Source of the DNA: Nitrospirota bacterium
Lineage (GTDB): Bacteria; Nitrospirota; UBA9217
DNA length: 64,000 bases
Direction: 5' to 3'
Assembly (NCBI GenBank): GCA_963751455.1
Contig: CAVVUN010000001.1
Coordinates: forward strand, 96,001-160,000
Positions within the stretch are counted from its first letter, which is position 1. Each line of letters begins with the position of its first letter. The notes beneath the pieces are model-generated. The model saw nothing but the letters and a program-made list of their open reading frames with translations, was not told the origin of the DNA and did no database searches. Below, one piece after another: positions 39,996-50,805 of this stretch. The translations under genes were made by a program, and so were the position numbers.

Positions 39996-41378
39996 TTATT
40001 TGATGGCGAAATCAAGCAGAGTTTCCTTGCCCGCTTCAGCCTGGCCCGTTTTCGAAACTTCCTTATCCCCCGCCATTGCAGACACCTTATATTGGCCCGG
40101 CGCAAGGCCCTCTATACGGTAGGTCCCGTCTTTCTCTATAGGCACGCCGTAACTGGTGCTTCCATCCCGATAAAACACATCCCCATCCTGGAGCGGCCTG
40201 CCCCGGGAATCGAAAACCTTGCCCTTGATAACGCCGCCGGGTTGAAGCGTGAAGTCGAGCGTATAAATCTTACCCTGTTCCACCTGAAACTCCCGTGAAG
40301 ATTTCGTAAACCCGGATCCTTTCAGCTCAAGCCGATATTTGCCCGGTTTCTCAAGCGCAGCCGCATACCGACCGTCCGTAAAAGGATAAGGAGTTCCCCG
40401 TCCGTCTTTCCAGAGAACCGCCGCTCCTTTCAAAACCGATAAACCGTTCCTGTCGTTTACCCGTCCTGTCACCAGCGCAGAATTCTGGCGATCATCAAGC
40501 CTGCGGCCGAGCCGTTTTTCTTTGGGCATCGGCAGTTCATCGACCATCAGGGTATTGTTTTCCTCTTTAAAAATCGTGAAGAACGTGGCCTTGTCCACAT
40601 CCAGATAGCCTTCCTTATACTTGCCGGGCATTTCCATGCCGTCCAGACGCAGAATCATATGAAAAGGGTCGACGAAATTATGTGAATGTTCCGCATCCGA
40701 GAATGCCCATCCGGTATCAGGATAAAATATTTCAAGATAGGCATGGAATCCGCCGTCGTTTACCTTCACACCCCAATAATCCTTAGAAAATCCCCATTCA
40801 TATCCGGGCGGCAGATAGCCGTGCGCTATTCGTGCCGGAATGCCTGCCGCGCGGAGCAGCGCAACCGAGAGATTGGAATAGCCGACGCAATAGGCTTTCT
40901 TGTGCCGCAAGGCTGAAACTGCATCAGGGGGAACAGATATGCTCGCATCGAATGTAAGGTTGTCTGCGACCCAGGAAAGAACCGCATGAGCAGCTTCATG
41001 TACAAACCTGCTGTCTTTTGTAATTTCTTTTGCAAGGCGTAGAATGGCCGGGTCTGATGATTGCCGGTCCTTCTCGGGGCTTAGGTACTGAAAAAGAGCA
41101 GCAGGGACGACACCTGAAGCGATGGGAAACGGAACCCGGGACTTCATGGGTCGCATTTTTGACGTAACCTGGACCCTTTTGCTGAACTCATCCTGACTGA
41201 GCACTTTTTGTTCGAAAGATTCGTTGGAATAATCGGGGATGAATGCAACGCCGCGCGGATTGACGATATCGTAAATAACAATGTGTTCCCCCTCGAGCAC
41301 TTTGAGGCCTGCAATGGCGCTCGAGGCTGACAACAAAACCAAAAAGAAAATGACAATACAGAGGGCTCGATATCTCAT
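39996..41378 (-). CDS. Secreted transglutaminase-like protein with two carboxypeptidase-regulatory-like (Cna-B type) domains
   Basis: AYCVGYS, LRAAGIPAR, FHAYLE and WAFSD give a Cys-His-Asp triad; ITGLAPG-like repeats (IEGLAPGQYKV). Confidence 0.85.
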   Translation of the reverse strand: MRYRALCIVIFFLVLLSASSAIAGLKVLEGEHIVIYDIVNPRGVAFIPDYSNESFEQKVLSQDEFSKRVQVTSKMRPMKSRVPFPIASGVVPAALFQYLSPEKDRQSSDPAILRLAKEITKDSRFVHEAAHAVLSWVADNLTFDASISVPPDAVSALRHKKAYCVGYSNLSVALLRAAGIPARIAHGYLPPGYEWGFSKDYWGVKVNDGGFHAYLEIFYPDTGWAFSDAEHSHNFVDPFHMILRLDGMEMPGKYKEGYLDVDKATFFTIFKEENNTLMVDELPMPKEKRLGRRLDDRQNSALVTGRVNDRNGLSVLKGAAVLWKDGRGTPYPFTDGRYAAALEKPGKYRLELKGSGFTKSSREFQVEQGKIYTLDFTLQPGGVIKGKVFDSRGRPLQDGDVFYRDGSTSYGVPIEKDGTYRIEGLAPGQYKVSAMAGDKEVSKTGQAEAGKETLLDFAIK

Positions 41379-41493
41379 AGACGCTGCAAATTATATTTTT
41401 CAGCTTTTTGTGAGACGACAAAAATATAAGGAATCGTTAGAAGCATTTGTCTTTGACACTTTGCTATAAGCTGTGATTGCTTACGAATTAATC

Positions 41494-41524
41494 AAAAAAG
41501 CCCGCCCCATAAAACGGGGCGGGC
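41494..41524 (-). terminator. Rho-independent terminator after the TPR-SLH gene
   Basis: Minus strand GCCCGCCCC-loop-GGGGCGGGC followed by TTTTTT. Confidence 0.85.
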
Positions 41525-41537
41525 ATAATAGCACTAA

Positions 41538-42695
41538 TCAGAATTTCAGCTGGTTTTTGAATTCGCGGATCGCGAGCAACGCATCCGCACCGCATACGGG
41601 GTCACCCGGTTTAAATTCACCGGTTGCCTTGTCCGCTTCAAGGAATCCGCGGGAGGCAGCAACCATGGCCGCATTGAACGCATAGTGATCGCTGCGGAGG
41701 TCAGGAAACAGTGAAGACGACCCGACGTATTTCGTCGCCAGTTTCTCGTCGCCGCTCACCTTGATCAGGATATCCTCCAGCATCAGCGCGAATTCGGCCT
41801 TCGTAATCAGCTTTGTCGGTTCGAACGTGTGGTTCGGCCCGGCTTCGAGTCCACGGACCTGGAGCCTGAGCACGGTATCTATGCTCGGCTTGAGCCAGTT
41901 GTCCGAAATATCGGTCGCAGCTTCAATCTTCACAACTTTTTCCGTTGTCATGGCAGTCGCTGTCGCCTCGGTCGGCGCCTTGAAAGCAGTGTCATAGGTC
42001 TTCGGTCCGCGTTTGGTAAAGAGCTTCTCCAGGTCCATTTCCTGCACGAAAAGCGCCGAGATATCTGCCCGGTCGATCCTGTCAATCAGCGCAATCTGCC
42101 TGCCGATCACGGTCCCCGGCGCGGCGCGCTGGATCTTCTGGATTACCGACCACTCAGCGTTGGCCTCGACGGTGAACTCCTTGTTCATATCGAGGACCTT
42201 GCGGAACATTTCGGCTGCCCGGTCAAAATCCAATGCCACCTTGTATGCAGTACCCATATAGTAGTGCAAGGCAGCGCTGTTCGGATCTTTTTCGAATGCC
42301 TCTTTGAATTCCTTTTCCGTGTTTTTGACCCAGTCCTCCCCGCGCTGCATGCCGTAGAGGCGAATCATGCCGATATTTGACTGGATGCCCTTCTCTTCAT
42401 AGTCCTTGGCTGTCTCCATATTCTCAAAGGCGGCTTTGAAGTCCCCTTTTTTCCCGAGCACGAGGCCCTTGCCGATATATCCCAGCGGCGCTTTGGGGGC
42501 CAAAGCGATCGCCCGGTCAAACGATCTTATAGCGTCGTCAAGCTGTCCTTTATCGAGATACGTAAGCCCGTTCTTATAATGGTACTCCGGCGTGTCCATA
42601 ATCGAAGTCGAAGGGGCTATCTTGGGGCCACACCCGACCGCTGTCAATGCCAGAACCGCCGCCACAACGATGATCCGCTTTATCTGTGTAAACAT
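41538..42695 (-). CDS. TPR lipoprotein with C-terminal SLH-like motifs
   Basis: Lipobox AVGC, TPRs, then DISDNW...FEPTKLITKAEFA and FPDLRSDHYA...FKPGDPV. Confidence 0.8.
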   Translation of the reverse strand: MFTQIKRIIVVAAVLALTAVGCGPKIAPSTSIMDTPEYHYKNGLTYLDKGQLDDAIRSFDRAIALAPKAPLGYIGKGLVLGKKGDFKAAFENMETAKDYEEKGIQSNIGMIRLYGMQRGEDWVKNTEKEFKEAFEKDPNSAALHYYMGTAYKVALDFDRAAEMFRKVLDMNKEFTVEANAEWSVIQKIQRAAPGTVIGRQIALIDRIDRADISALFVQEMDLEKLFTKRGPKTYDTAFKAPTEATATAMTTEKVVKIEAATDISDNWLKPSIDTVLRLQVRGLEAGPNHTFEPTKLITKAEFALMLEDILIKVSGDEKLATKYVGSSSLFPDLRSDHYAFNAAMVAASRGFLEADKATGEFKPGDPVCGADALLAIREFKNQLKF

Positions 42696-42725
42696 TCAAA
42701 CCTCCTATTTCTCTTTGATTAATTT

Positions 42726-43604
42726 TCAATCAACGAGGATTATTACCCTGCATTTTTCAAGCATGCTCAGATTTTGAGATGCGCTTTGCAATGCCGCAGC
42801 ATCGGCATTGGAGATCACCGTGTCCACCCGGCCGTCCCCGGAGACTTTGATAGCCTTGACGAGGAGCGGCTTGTCTGTTACGCGCGGATTTGTCTGCGCC
42901 GCAGCGGGGTCCTTCATATAGCCCGCCATGCCCTCCTTGACAGCCCAATCTCTGTTGACCCAGGCAGACCCGTAAACCTCTTTGCCGTCCTCATTCAGGA
43001 CCTTCGGCGACATTGCAGGTCTCAAGCCGAGGCCGCGGGCGTCGACGACCAACCCTGTATAAAGCTGACCAGTGATTGCTCCCGGCGCCTGTGCAGCCGG
43101 AGGGGTCGCTGCTGCTGCACCGGCAGTTGACGGTGCGGCAGCCTGCGGCGGAAGAAGGGCTTCTGCAAGCGCGCCAGTCAGCTTCATTCCGACAGTTACC
43201 TCGACTGACCCGTCTGACATATATTTTTTGTCCATGATCATCGCGCCCTGTATAATGCCGTTGACCTGTGTTTTAATAACGTCACTGGTGACGATAAAAT
43301 TCTCCACCGTAGTTGTGGAATCTACCCGAACGCCTTTGACGGCCTCAAGAAGATTTCTGTAAGCAACAACCTGAGCAGCACGTTCCGCCATTGCCCGTGC
43401 CTGTGCAGCGTTTGCAGGTTGCGCCGGGGGGGCGCCGATGCCGACAGCGGTGATCATGCCGGTGGTCCAATCAACTTTGCCGGTGCTGCCTACCGGGTCT
43501 ACAACGTCCTTAATAGTGCCGGTCAGTTGTGCAACCGCACTGCCCGCTGCAAGTATAAAAACCGCAAGTACGATTACAAAAAAACGAGTTCTTATTTGAA
43601 ACAT
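42726..43604 (-). CDS. LPP20-like secreted protein
   Basis: Signal peptide; VDWTTG..AVGIGAPP, RNLLEAVKGVRVDS and GLVVDARGL. Confidence 0.8.
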   Translation of the reverse strand: MFQIRTRFFVIVLAVFILAAGSAVAQLTGTIKDVVDPVGSTGKVDWTTGMITAVGIGAPPAQPANAAQARAMAERAAQVVAYRNLLEAVKGVRVDSTTTVENFIVTSDVIKTQVNGIIQGAMIMDKKYMSDGSVEVTVGMKLTGALAEALLPPQAAAPSTAGAAAATPPAAQAPGAITGQLYTGLVVDARGLGLRPAMSPKVLNEDGKEVYGSAWVNRDWAVKEGMAGYMKDPAAAQTNPRVTDKPLLVKAIKVSGDGRVDTVISNADAAALQSASQNLSMLEKCRVIILVD

Positions 43605-43979
43605 GTTGTCCCTCCCTATCAGAACGGTTTAATTATGGAGCCTAAATCGCAGAGGATTTCGATGCTCACCTCCTTATTTATGACTAAAGGCAAGCGACCC
43701 AAATTTTGAGCACTATTTCACATAAGTCTTTGTGAGTCAAGGTAATATTCACCTTTGAATCGGGAAGAAATCGTTAAAATACTCCCTGTAAAGGGCTGTC
43801 CAGGACAACGGGCGGGTAATACAGGCTGGAAAAACATAACAGAATATACCCAAAGGATTAGTTTTTGTCAAGACCGGCGAATTTGGGAATATAACCAAAA
43901 AAGGCATTTTTGCATTATCCAAGATACTTGGGAATGTCAACTATAACTGTGAGCGCGAGCGTCTCTCCTGCCTTGTTTT

Positions 43980-44702
43980 TTAAATAGCACGTGCAAGAGT
44001 TACTGCTGTTACCTTCGAAGCTCCGGCTTTCTTAAGAACGAGACTGCACTCATTCATGGTGGCCCCCGACGTAAATACATCGTCGACAAGGACTACGTCT
44101 TTGCCGTCAATTTCTTCCGGACGGAGGAGTGAAAAAGCTCTTGAGACGTTTTTAATCCGCTCTTCTCCGGAAAGATCCACCTGCGGTCTGGTCGGGCGGA
44201 CCCTGACCAGGTTGTCGAAGCTGAGGGGGATAGAGAACGCTTTTCCGATTTCATGGGCAAGGATAAGGGACTGATTGAATCCTCTGTGCCTCAGGCGCTC
44301 CCTGTGGAGCGGAACAGGCATGATGCAGTCAATGCTCGAATGAGGACGGATATTTTTCACCATCCATAAGGCTAGGGGTTTACCGAGAGACCTGCAGGGC
44401 CGATACTTGAATTGATGGATGGCTTCCCGAAGGGAACCTTCAAAATATCCAATGGACAGCGCCTGGTCGAAAACAGGCGGCTTCTGCCTGCATGCCGAAC
44501 AGACATGCTCAGGACTGTGGGTGAGCGCTTCCGGGGAATCAAAGGGCCTTCCGCAACCGGGACAGGCAGCCCCGGTTATCAGCGAGAAATCAGACCAGCA
44601 TGTGGCACAGAAAAAAGGGATAAGCGAATCGCCGATCGGAGAACGGCAATGGGAGCAAGCGGTAGGCAGAATAAAATCCAGGAGCAGCCGAATAAGGTTC
44701 AT
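43980..44702 (-). CDS. comF: ComF-family protein (double zinc ribbon + PRTase fold)
   Basis: CxxC repeats, PVPLH, RGFNQS and LVDDVFTSGAT. Confidence 0.9.
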   Translation of the reverse strand: MNLIRLLLDFILPTACSHCRSPIGDSLIPFFCATCWSDFSLITGAACPGCGRPFDSPEALTHSPEHVCSACRQKPPVFDQALSIGYFEGSLREAIHQFKYRPCRSLGKPLALWMVKNIRPHSSIDCIMPVPLHRERLRHRGFNQSLILAHEIGKAFSIPLSFDNLVRVRPTRPQVDLSGEERIKNVSRAFSLLRPEEIDGKDVVLVDDVFTSGATMNECSLVLKKAGASKVTAVTLARAI

Positions 44703-44745
44703 ATCTGGAGCACCTTACCCTTTCACGCTGCGCAGCCGGAGACGA

Positions 44746-46293
44746 TCACTTAACAATAAGGCTCTTTCCCGTCATCTCAGCCGGTTGTTCAATTCCGAGT
44801 AGAGCCAGCACCGTCGGCGCGACATCTGCAAGCAGCCCGCCGTCCTTTACCCTCGGGTTCTCCCCGACAACGATAAACGGAACCGGGTCCGTCGTATGCG
44901 CAGTATGCGGCTGCCCGGAAGACGGGTCTGCCATCATTTCGATGTTTCCGTGGTCGGCGGTTATCAGTACTCGAGTGCCTGTCTCCTCGGCTGCCTGCAG
45001 GACTTTCCCGAGACACTCATCCAACGTCTCGACGGCCTTGACCGCTGCTTCCAGTATTCCGGTATGACCTACCATGTCCGGATTTGCGTAATTGACAAGG
45101 ATAAATCCATATTGACCGGAGCGAATAGCGCTAACGAGTTTGTCAGTGATCTCCCGCGCGCTCATCTCCGGTTTCTTATCGTATGTTGCAACATCTCTCG
45201 GTGACGGAACAAGCACCCTGTCTTCAAGCGGAAAGGGGCGCTCTTCACCGCCATTGAAAAAAAAAGTCACATGTGCGTATTTTTCGGTTTCTGCTATGCG
45301 GAACTGGCGAACGCCATTGGCTGCTCAGGATTTCGCCCAGGATATTCGTAAGCCTCACGGGAGCAAAAGCGACGGGGAGATCGAAGGTCTCATCATAGGC
45401 AGTGAGGCAAACAAAAGCGAGCATAAGGCCGGAACAGTATTCCGCTTGAATCCGTCAAAGCTCGGGTCGGTCAGGGCCTTCGTGATCTCGCGCGCCCTGA
45501 TCCGATCGGAAATTGCAAAAGATAACGGCGTCGCTGTCTCCAATGGTGGCCAACGGACTGCTCGACTTCGGGCATCGATAATGACCGTCGGCATCATAAA
45601 TTCGTCGGTTCTGCCGTTTTCATAGCTCTTCTTTACCGCTTCGGCAGCGGTGTAGCTCATGGCCCCTTCACCCTTTACCAGCGCCGCATACGCCTTCTCC
45701 ACGCGGTCCCAGCGTTTATCCCGGTCCATAGCGTAATAGCGCCCGGAAATCGTGGCGATCTTTCCGATTCCGATTTTCGCAAGATGGCTTTCGAGGCGGG
45801 CGATATATTCGAGCGCGCTTGACGGCGGGGTGTCCCTGCCGTCCAGGAAGGCATGAAAAAATACATTCTGAACGCCCAGGGATTTGGCCATATCAAGCAT
45901 GGCGAAGATGTGGTCAAGCCTGCTGTGCACGCCGCCGTCGGAAAGCAGCGCCATAAGATGAAGTGCAGCGCCCTGTCTTTTCGCTGATTCCATGGCAGAC
46001 ATCAGAACAGGATTTTTAAAGAAATCTCCTTCTCTGACCGCCTTGCTGATGCGTGTGGAATCCTGATATACAACCCTTCCGGCGCCGAGGTTCAAATGCC
46101 CTACTTCCGAATTTCCCATCTGGCCATCGGGCAGACCAACTGCCTCGCCGGCAGCCTGAAGTTTGGTATGTGGACAAGCGGCGATCAGGCTGCGGTAAAC
46201 GGGAGCATGAGCCGATGCGATTGCGTTGGCTTCTTTCTTCTCGCTGATCCCCCAACCATCGAGAACGATCAGCACAACTGGTTTGCGATACAT
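44746..46293 (-). CDS. gpmI: 2,3-bisphosphoglycerate-independent phosphoglycerate mutase (frameshifts, likely assembly errors)
   Basis: [33 protein letters not shown] and TADHGN spread across ORFs 45355..46293 and 44746..45270. Confidence 0.93.
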
Positions 46294-46457
46294 TTAAACT
46301 CCCCTGCCCGATTAAATCCAAATCACAAATGAGACTAATTTCAAAAACAAATCAAAAATGCGTATTGGCGCTGTTATTGGATTTGTTTGAGATTTGAAGA
46401 TTTGGCGTTATTGGAGCTTATTTGCTATTTGATGCTTGTTACTTGGAGTTTGTACTA

Positions 46458-47766
46458 TCAGCAGGTCTTTTCGAGATTTACTCCGAACGTGTTCCACTTT
46501 CCGCAGTTCGGACACCGGCCGGACCAGCCCTTGGTGTGCAATTCGCAATTGGAGCAGACATACGGGACAATGATCTGTTTCTTGAATCCGAGTGCCCTCT
46601 TAAATTCCGACGCAGCAAGTCCGAGTGAACCGCGGCGAAGATAGATATTGCCGAGCAGTTTGTGCACATCCGGTAGATCCCTATCGCCCCAGTCAGCTGA
46701 CGACAGGATGTCGAACGCCTCGTCCACCATTTCAAGACGGTAGTACAGCTTCCCGAGAAAGAATCTCAGCGTAATATCCTGCGGCTTCCACATGACCGCC
46801 TGTTTATAGAGCTCGATCGCGCATCCGGGCTCACCCTGTTTCAGATAAAGATCCTCGATACGGTGCAGAAGCAGTACCGAAGACGTCATTTTATACGCTT
46901 TCTCCCAGAGTTCTGCCGCTTCCTTTACCTTATCTTCCTCGAGATAAACTTCTCCAAGCCCCAGATATGCAGGAATGAAATCTTTGTCCAGTTTGATCAC
47001 ACCGCGGAATATTTTCTTTGCGCGTTCCAGGTCGCCTGCCTCCAGCAGTGAACGGCCAAGCTCGTATTTGAAACCCACAAGCTTTCGGTGCTCAATCTCC
47101 TGTTCCGCGGGCGACAAAGGATTGGCAGAGAATACGCCGCTGGGTCTCGGATAGTTCCTCCCAGTGATTGAGCCGTTGATACAGATCCCGCATTTTTATA
47201 AGCGCCGTCAGGTTGGTCGGATCCTTGGAGATTATTTCCTGATAGACTTTCAGAGCGTCGTCATAGCGCTTTGCTTCTTCATAATCTGCGGAAAGAGAAA
47301 ACATGACTTCCTGGTTGTCATAGTCCAGACTCAATGCCTTCTGGTGAAGGAGAATGGCTTCATGATGATTTTTTTCGCGCAGCTGGCTTATTCCCATCCT
47401 GAGCAGCGTATCTACATGGTTAGGATCGATCGAGAGTACCTTCTGAAAAAAACTGGTCGCTTCGGGGTTGCGTTTTGCAAGCAGCGAGTTGAGACCTTTG
47501 GTATACAGCTCCTGGATACGGGACCGCTTTTTCTGTTCGCGCTGCACACGAAGACCGCGAAGAAACCTTTTGACATCGCGGAGCAGGTATAGAAACAGGA
47601 CACTGCCCGCGCCTGCGGCAAGTGAAATCAGAAAGAATGCGGATTTTGAGATATCGTACGACCGGGAAGGAAGGAGATTAACGGTCATTGTACCCGGATT
47701 GAACTCATACAGCGCGAAAATCGCAAATGCGATCAGGAGAAGCACTATCGTTACGAAAAACTTCAT
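46458..47766 (-). CDS. lapB: LapA-like membrane domain + LapB-like TPR/rubredoxin protein (one frameshift near 47120)
   Basis: Two N-terminal TM helices, TPRs, C-terminal YVCSNC...RCPNCGKWNT. Confidence 0.7.
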
Positions 47767-47859
47767 GCATGATCCTTTCCGCAGAAAAAATAGCGGTAAA
47801 AACCGTTCGTCAGGAGCCTAAAAGTCCGATCCGCAACCGCAAAAACAAGATAAGATATC

Positions 47860-48330
47860 TCAGTAGTGATACGTCTTCCCTTTAATAATCGTGAACGCGC
47901 GGTAGAGCTGTTCTAGAACAACCAGCCTTGCCATTTCATGAGTCAGAGTCCACCGTGACAGCGCAAGGGTCCTCTGCGAACTGGTAGTCACCTCTTCAGC
48001 AAGGCCCAGAGCGCCCCCAATGATAAAAGATGTTTCCCTGACGCCGGACTCTAGTACTTCATTTAACAATGCGGCAAATTCATGGGATGTATATTCTTGA
48101 CCGCGTTCATCAAGGCTGACCATATAGGACCCGGCCGGAACAGCGCGGAATATCTTTTCCGCTTCTTTTTTCCGTATCACGGGCGCATCTTTCAGGTCAC
48201 GGATTTTTTCTTCCTTGAGTTCCCTGATGTCGATGTCCGCATAATGCCTGAGGTAACGAAGATACTTTTCGATCCCTTCCCGGATGAATGACTCCCTCGT
48301 TTTGCCCATGCAGATGATGCTTATTTTCAT
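47860..48330 (-). CDS. rlmH: 23S rRNA pseudouridine-1915 N3-methyltransferase
   Basis: LDERG, FIIGGALG, THEMARLVVLEQLYRA..I..G..YH. Confidence 0.96.
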   Translation of the reverse strand: MKISIICMGKTRESFIREGIEKYLRYLRHYADIDIRELKEEKIRDLKDAPVIRKKEAEKIFRAVPAGSYMVSLDERGQEYTSHEFAALLNEVLESGVRETSFIIGGALGLAEEVTTSSQRTLALSRWTLTHEMARLVVLEQLYRAFTIIKGKTYHY

Positions 48331-48704
48331 GAAGAGGCGCCGCCGAGCGCCCGGGGCATTGAACCAACAGGAACGCGGAGTGCTTCACCCCAGAGCTTCT
48401 CGAGCGCATAGTAAATCCTCGTTTGCTCGTCGAAAATATGCACCACTACGTCGCCGTAGTCCATCAGCACCCACCGGGATTCTTCCTGTCCTTCCACATG
48501 TGAAGGAAGAACTCCCGTCTTCGCCAGTGTCTGGCCTATCCAGTCTGATATAGCGGAAACCTGCGTGGTATTGCTGCCGGAGCAGATCACGAAATAGTCG
48601 GTTATGTAGGTAAGTCCGCGGAGGTCGAGAATCAGGATGTCGAACGCCTTTTTGCCGTCCGCGGCTTCTGCGCACAAGCGTGCCGTTTCTAACGAATTAA
48701 CCAT
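48327..48704 (-). CDS. rsfS: Ribosome silencing factor
   Basis: KKAFDI, TDYFVICSG, WVLMDYGDVVVHIF..R.YYALEKLW. Confidence 0.96.
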   Translation of the reverse strand: MVNSLETARLCAEAADGKKAFDILILDLRGLTYITDYFVICSGSNTTQVSAISDWIGQTLAKTGVLPSHVEGQEESRWVLMDYGDVVVHIFDEQTRIYYALEKLWGEALRVPVGSMPRALGGASS

Positions 48705-49357
48705 ATAATGTATGATTAATTATATAGTGTTCTACGGATTCAGGCAAGAGATATTTAATCGTCCGCCGTGTTTTGACCCTTGTTCTGATGTCCGTTGACG
48801 ATATATCGTAGAGGGGAATCTTTTCGAGATATATCCGGAAGCCTCCGGTTGTCACAACCGATTGGTGTTGTTTCCCGCTGTCCAGCGCCGCCAGCTCGGC
48901 TGCGGCCGTTTGCATGAAGTCTATTTTCAGGAGATCCGGGAACCGGTAACCCGGCCTTGACAGCACTACAAAAGAGCAGAGCGCAAGGACGCGTTCCCAT
49001 CGATTCCAGGTTTGAATATCGAGAAAGGAGTCGAGACCTGTTATAAAATACAATTCCGAACCGGGATTGTCTGAAAGAAGCATGTCAAGCGTATCGGAGG
49101 TATATGACCTGCCTCCCCGCTGTATTTCGATGTCGGATACGGCAAAATTGGGATTTCCTGCAATCGCGAGACGAACCATGTCCAGTCGCTGTGCCGCGGA
49201 TGGAATGTCCCGACCCTGTTTATGGGGAGGCAGAAAAGGAAGGGATGAACAGCACCTGATCGAGCTTCAACCTGTCATGAATCTCTTCAGCCGCGGCAAG
49301 ATGGCCGTAATGTACGGGATTGAAGGTCCCTCCAAGGATGCCGAGTCGTCGATGCAA
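48697..49357 (-). CDS. nadD: Nicotinate-nucleotide adenylyltransferase (frameshift near 49235)
   Basis: [27 protein letters not shown] and ISSTDIR; position before rsfS. Confidence 0.93.
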
Positions 49358-49385
49358 GATACCCCCGTCGGCATTCTCAGAATGC

Positions 49386-49476
49386 CGAATTGCATATTGC
49401 AAAGTGCAAATTGTAAATTGCAAAGGGAAATTTAAACTTATCATTTTGCAATTTGAAATTTGCAATTTTCATTTTA
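49386..49476. repeat. Inverted arrays of heptamer repeats (AAATTGC-like / TTTGCAA-like)
   Basis: gaattgc atattgc aaagtgc aaattgt aaattgc ... ttttgca atttgaa atttgca attttca. Confidence 0.75.
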
Positions 49477-49485
49477 CACTCTATC

Positions 49486-50748
49486 TTATCTTCTTATCTG
49501 TCCGTTCCCAAAAACAATGAATTTCGTGGAGGTCAGTTCCTCAAGGCCCATGGGACCGCGCGCGTGGATCCTGGTCGTTGAAATGCCTATTTCGGCGCCT
49601 AGACCGAATTCAAAGCCGTCATTCAGACGCGTGGACGCATTCACGAATACGGCTGAAGCGTCCACCTCCCGCTGGAACCTCATTGCTCTCGCATAATCGT
49701 CCGTCACAATCGCCTCCGAATGCTGGGAACCATGCGCCGCAATGTGTGTCATGGCAGCATCCAGGTCGTCGACCACTTTCACATTCAGGACGAGGTCGTT
49801 ATATTCCGTGTCCCAGTCTTTGTCCGTAGCAACCTTGACGTACGGTACTATTCCCGCGGTTCGGGTGCAGCCCCTGATCTCCACATTTGCCTTCGTGAAC
49901 CTTCCGATCATTGCCGGTAGAAACGAGGAAGCGAGATCTTTGTGCACAAGCATCGTTTCCATCGCATTGCAGGTTCCGGGACGCTGTACTTTAGCGTTAA
50001 AACAGATCTCTTCGGCCATGGCGGGATCCGCCTTGCAATCGACGTAGACGTGGCAGACGCCCTTGTCGTGCTTGATGACCGGGATGGTAGAATTCTCGGA
50101 TACCATCCTGATAAGCCCTTCGCCGCCGCGGGGAATGATCAGGTCGACGAACCGGCTCAGCTTAAGCATTTCCATCACACAGGCCCGGTCCGGGTTCTCG
50201 ATAAACGAAACTGTTCCATCGGGGATTCCGGCTTCAGCGCCCGCCAGTGACAGCACGCCGGCGATGGCCGTATTCGAATTGATTGCTTCAGACCCTCCGC
50301 GAAGCAGCACGCCATTGCCCGATTTCAAGCAGAGCGCAGCCGCATCCGCAGTAACGTTCGGCCGCGATTCGTAAATAATACCGATAAGCCCGATCGGCAC
50401 CCGCATCCGTCCGACCTGCATGCCGTTCGGCCTCCGCCACATCCTGAGCACCTCGCCGACCGGATCGGGAAGACCGGCTACCTCCCGCAAACCGTCGGCC
50501 ATGGCCTTGATCCTCGCCGGGTTCAACGTAAGCCGGTCGATCATTGCCTTTGAAAGGCCCTTCCCTTCCCCGGCGGACACGTCTTTTTTATTCTCGGCCA
50601 TGAGCCTGTCGGCTTCCTGTTCCAGCCCGGCAGCCATCCTGAAGAGGGCGTTGTTCTTTACCTCCGTTGAAAGGTTTGCCAGCTTTCTTGACGCTTCTTT
50701 GGCTTTTTTTGCCTTATCAGATACATACTGTTTAATGTCGTTGTCCAT
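49486..50748 (-). CDS. proA: Gamma-glutamyl phosphate reductase
   Basis: IIYESRPNVT, LRGGSEA, CNAMET and GAEIGIST..HARGP. Confidence 0.97.
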   Translation of the reverse strand: MDNDIKQYVSDKAKKAKEASRKLANLSTEVKNNALFRMAAGLEQEADRLMAENKKDVSAGEGKGLSKAMIDRLTLNPARIKAMADGLREVAGLPDPVGEVLRMWRRPNGMQVGRMRVPIGLIGIIYESRPNVTADAAALCLKSGNGVLLRGGSEAINSNTAIAGVLSLAGAEAGIPDGTVSFIENPDRACVMEMLKLSRFVDLIIPRGGEGLIRMVSENSTIPVIKHDKGVCHVYVDCKADPAMAEEICFNAKVQRPGTCNAMETMLVHKDLASSFLPAMIGRFTKANVEIRGCTRTAGIVPYVKVATDKDWDTEYNDLVLNVKVVDDLDAAMTHIAAHGSQHSEAIVTDDYARAMRFQREVDASAVFVNASTRLNDGFEFGLGAEIGISTTRIHARGPMGLEELTSTKFIVFGNGQIRR

Positions 50749-50805
50749 ACCATCCTCCGATGCGCCCGGCCATCGCTCATCAACTGAGAAGTAACCCGGG
50801 GTCGT

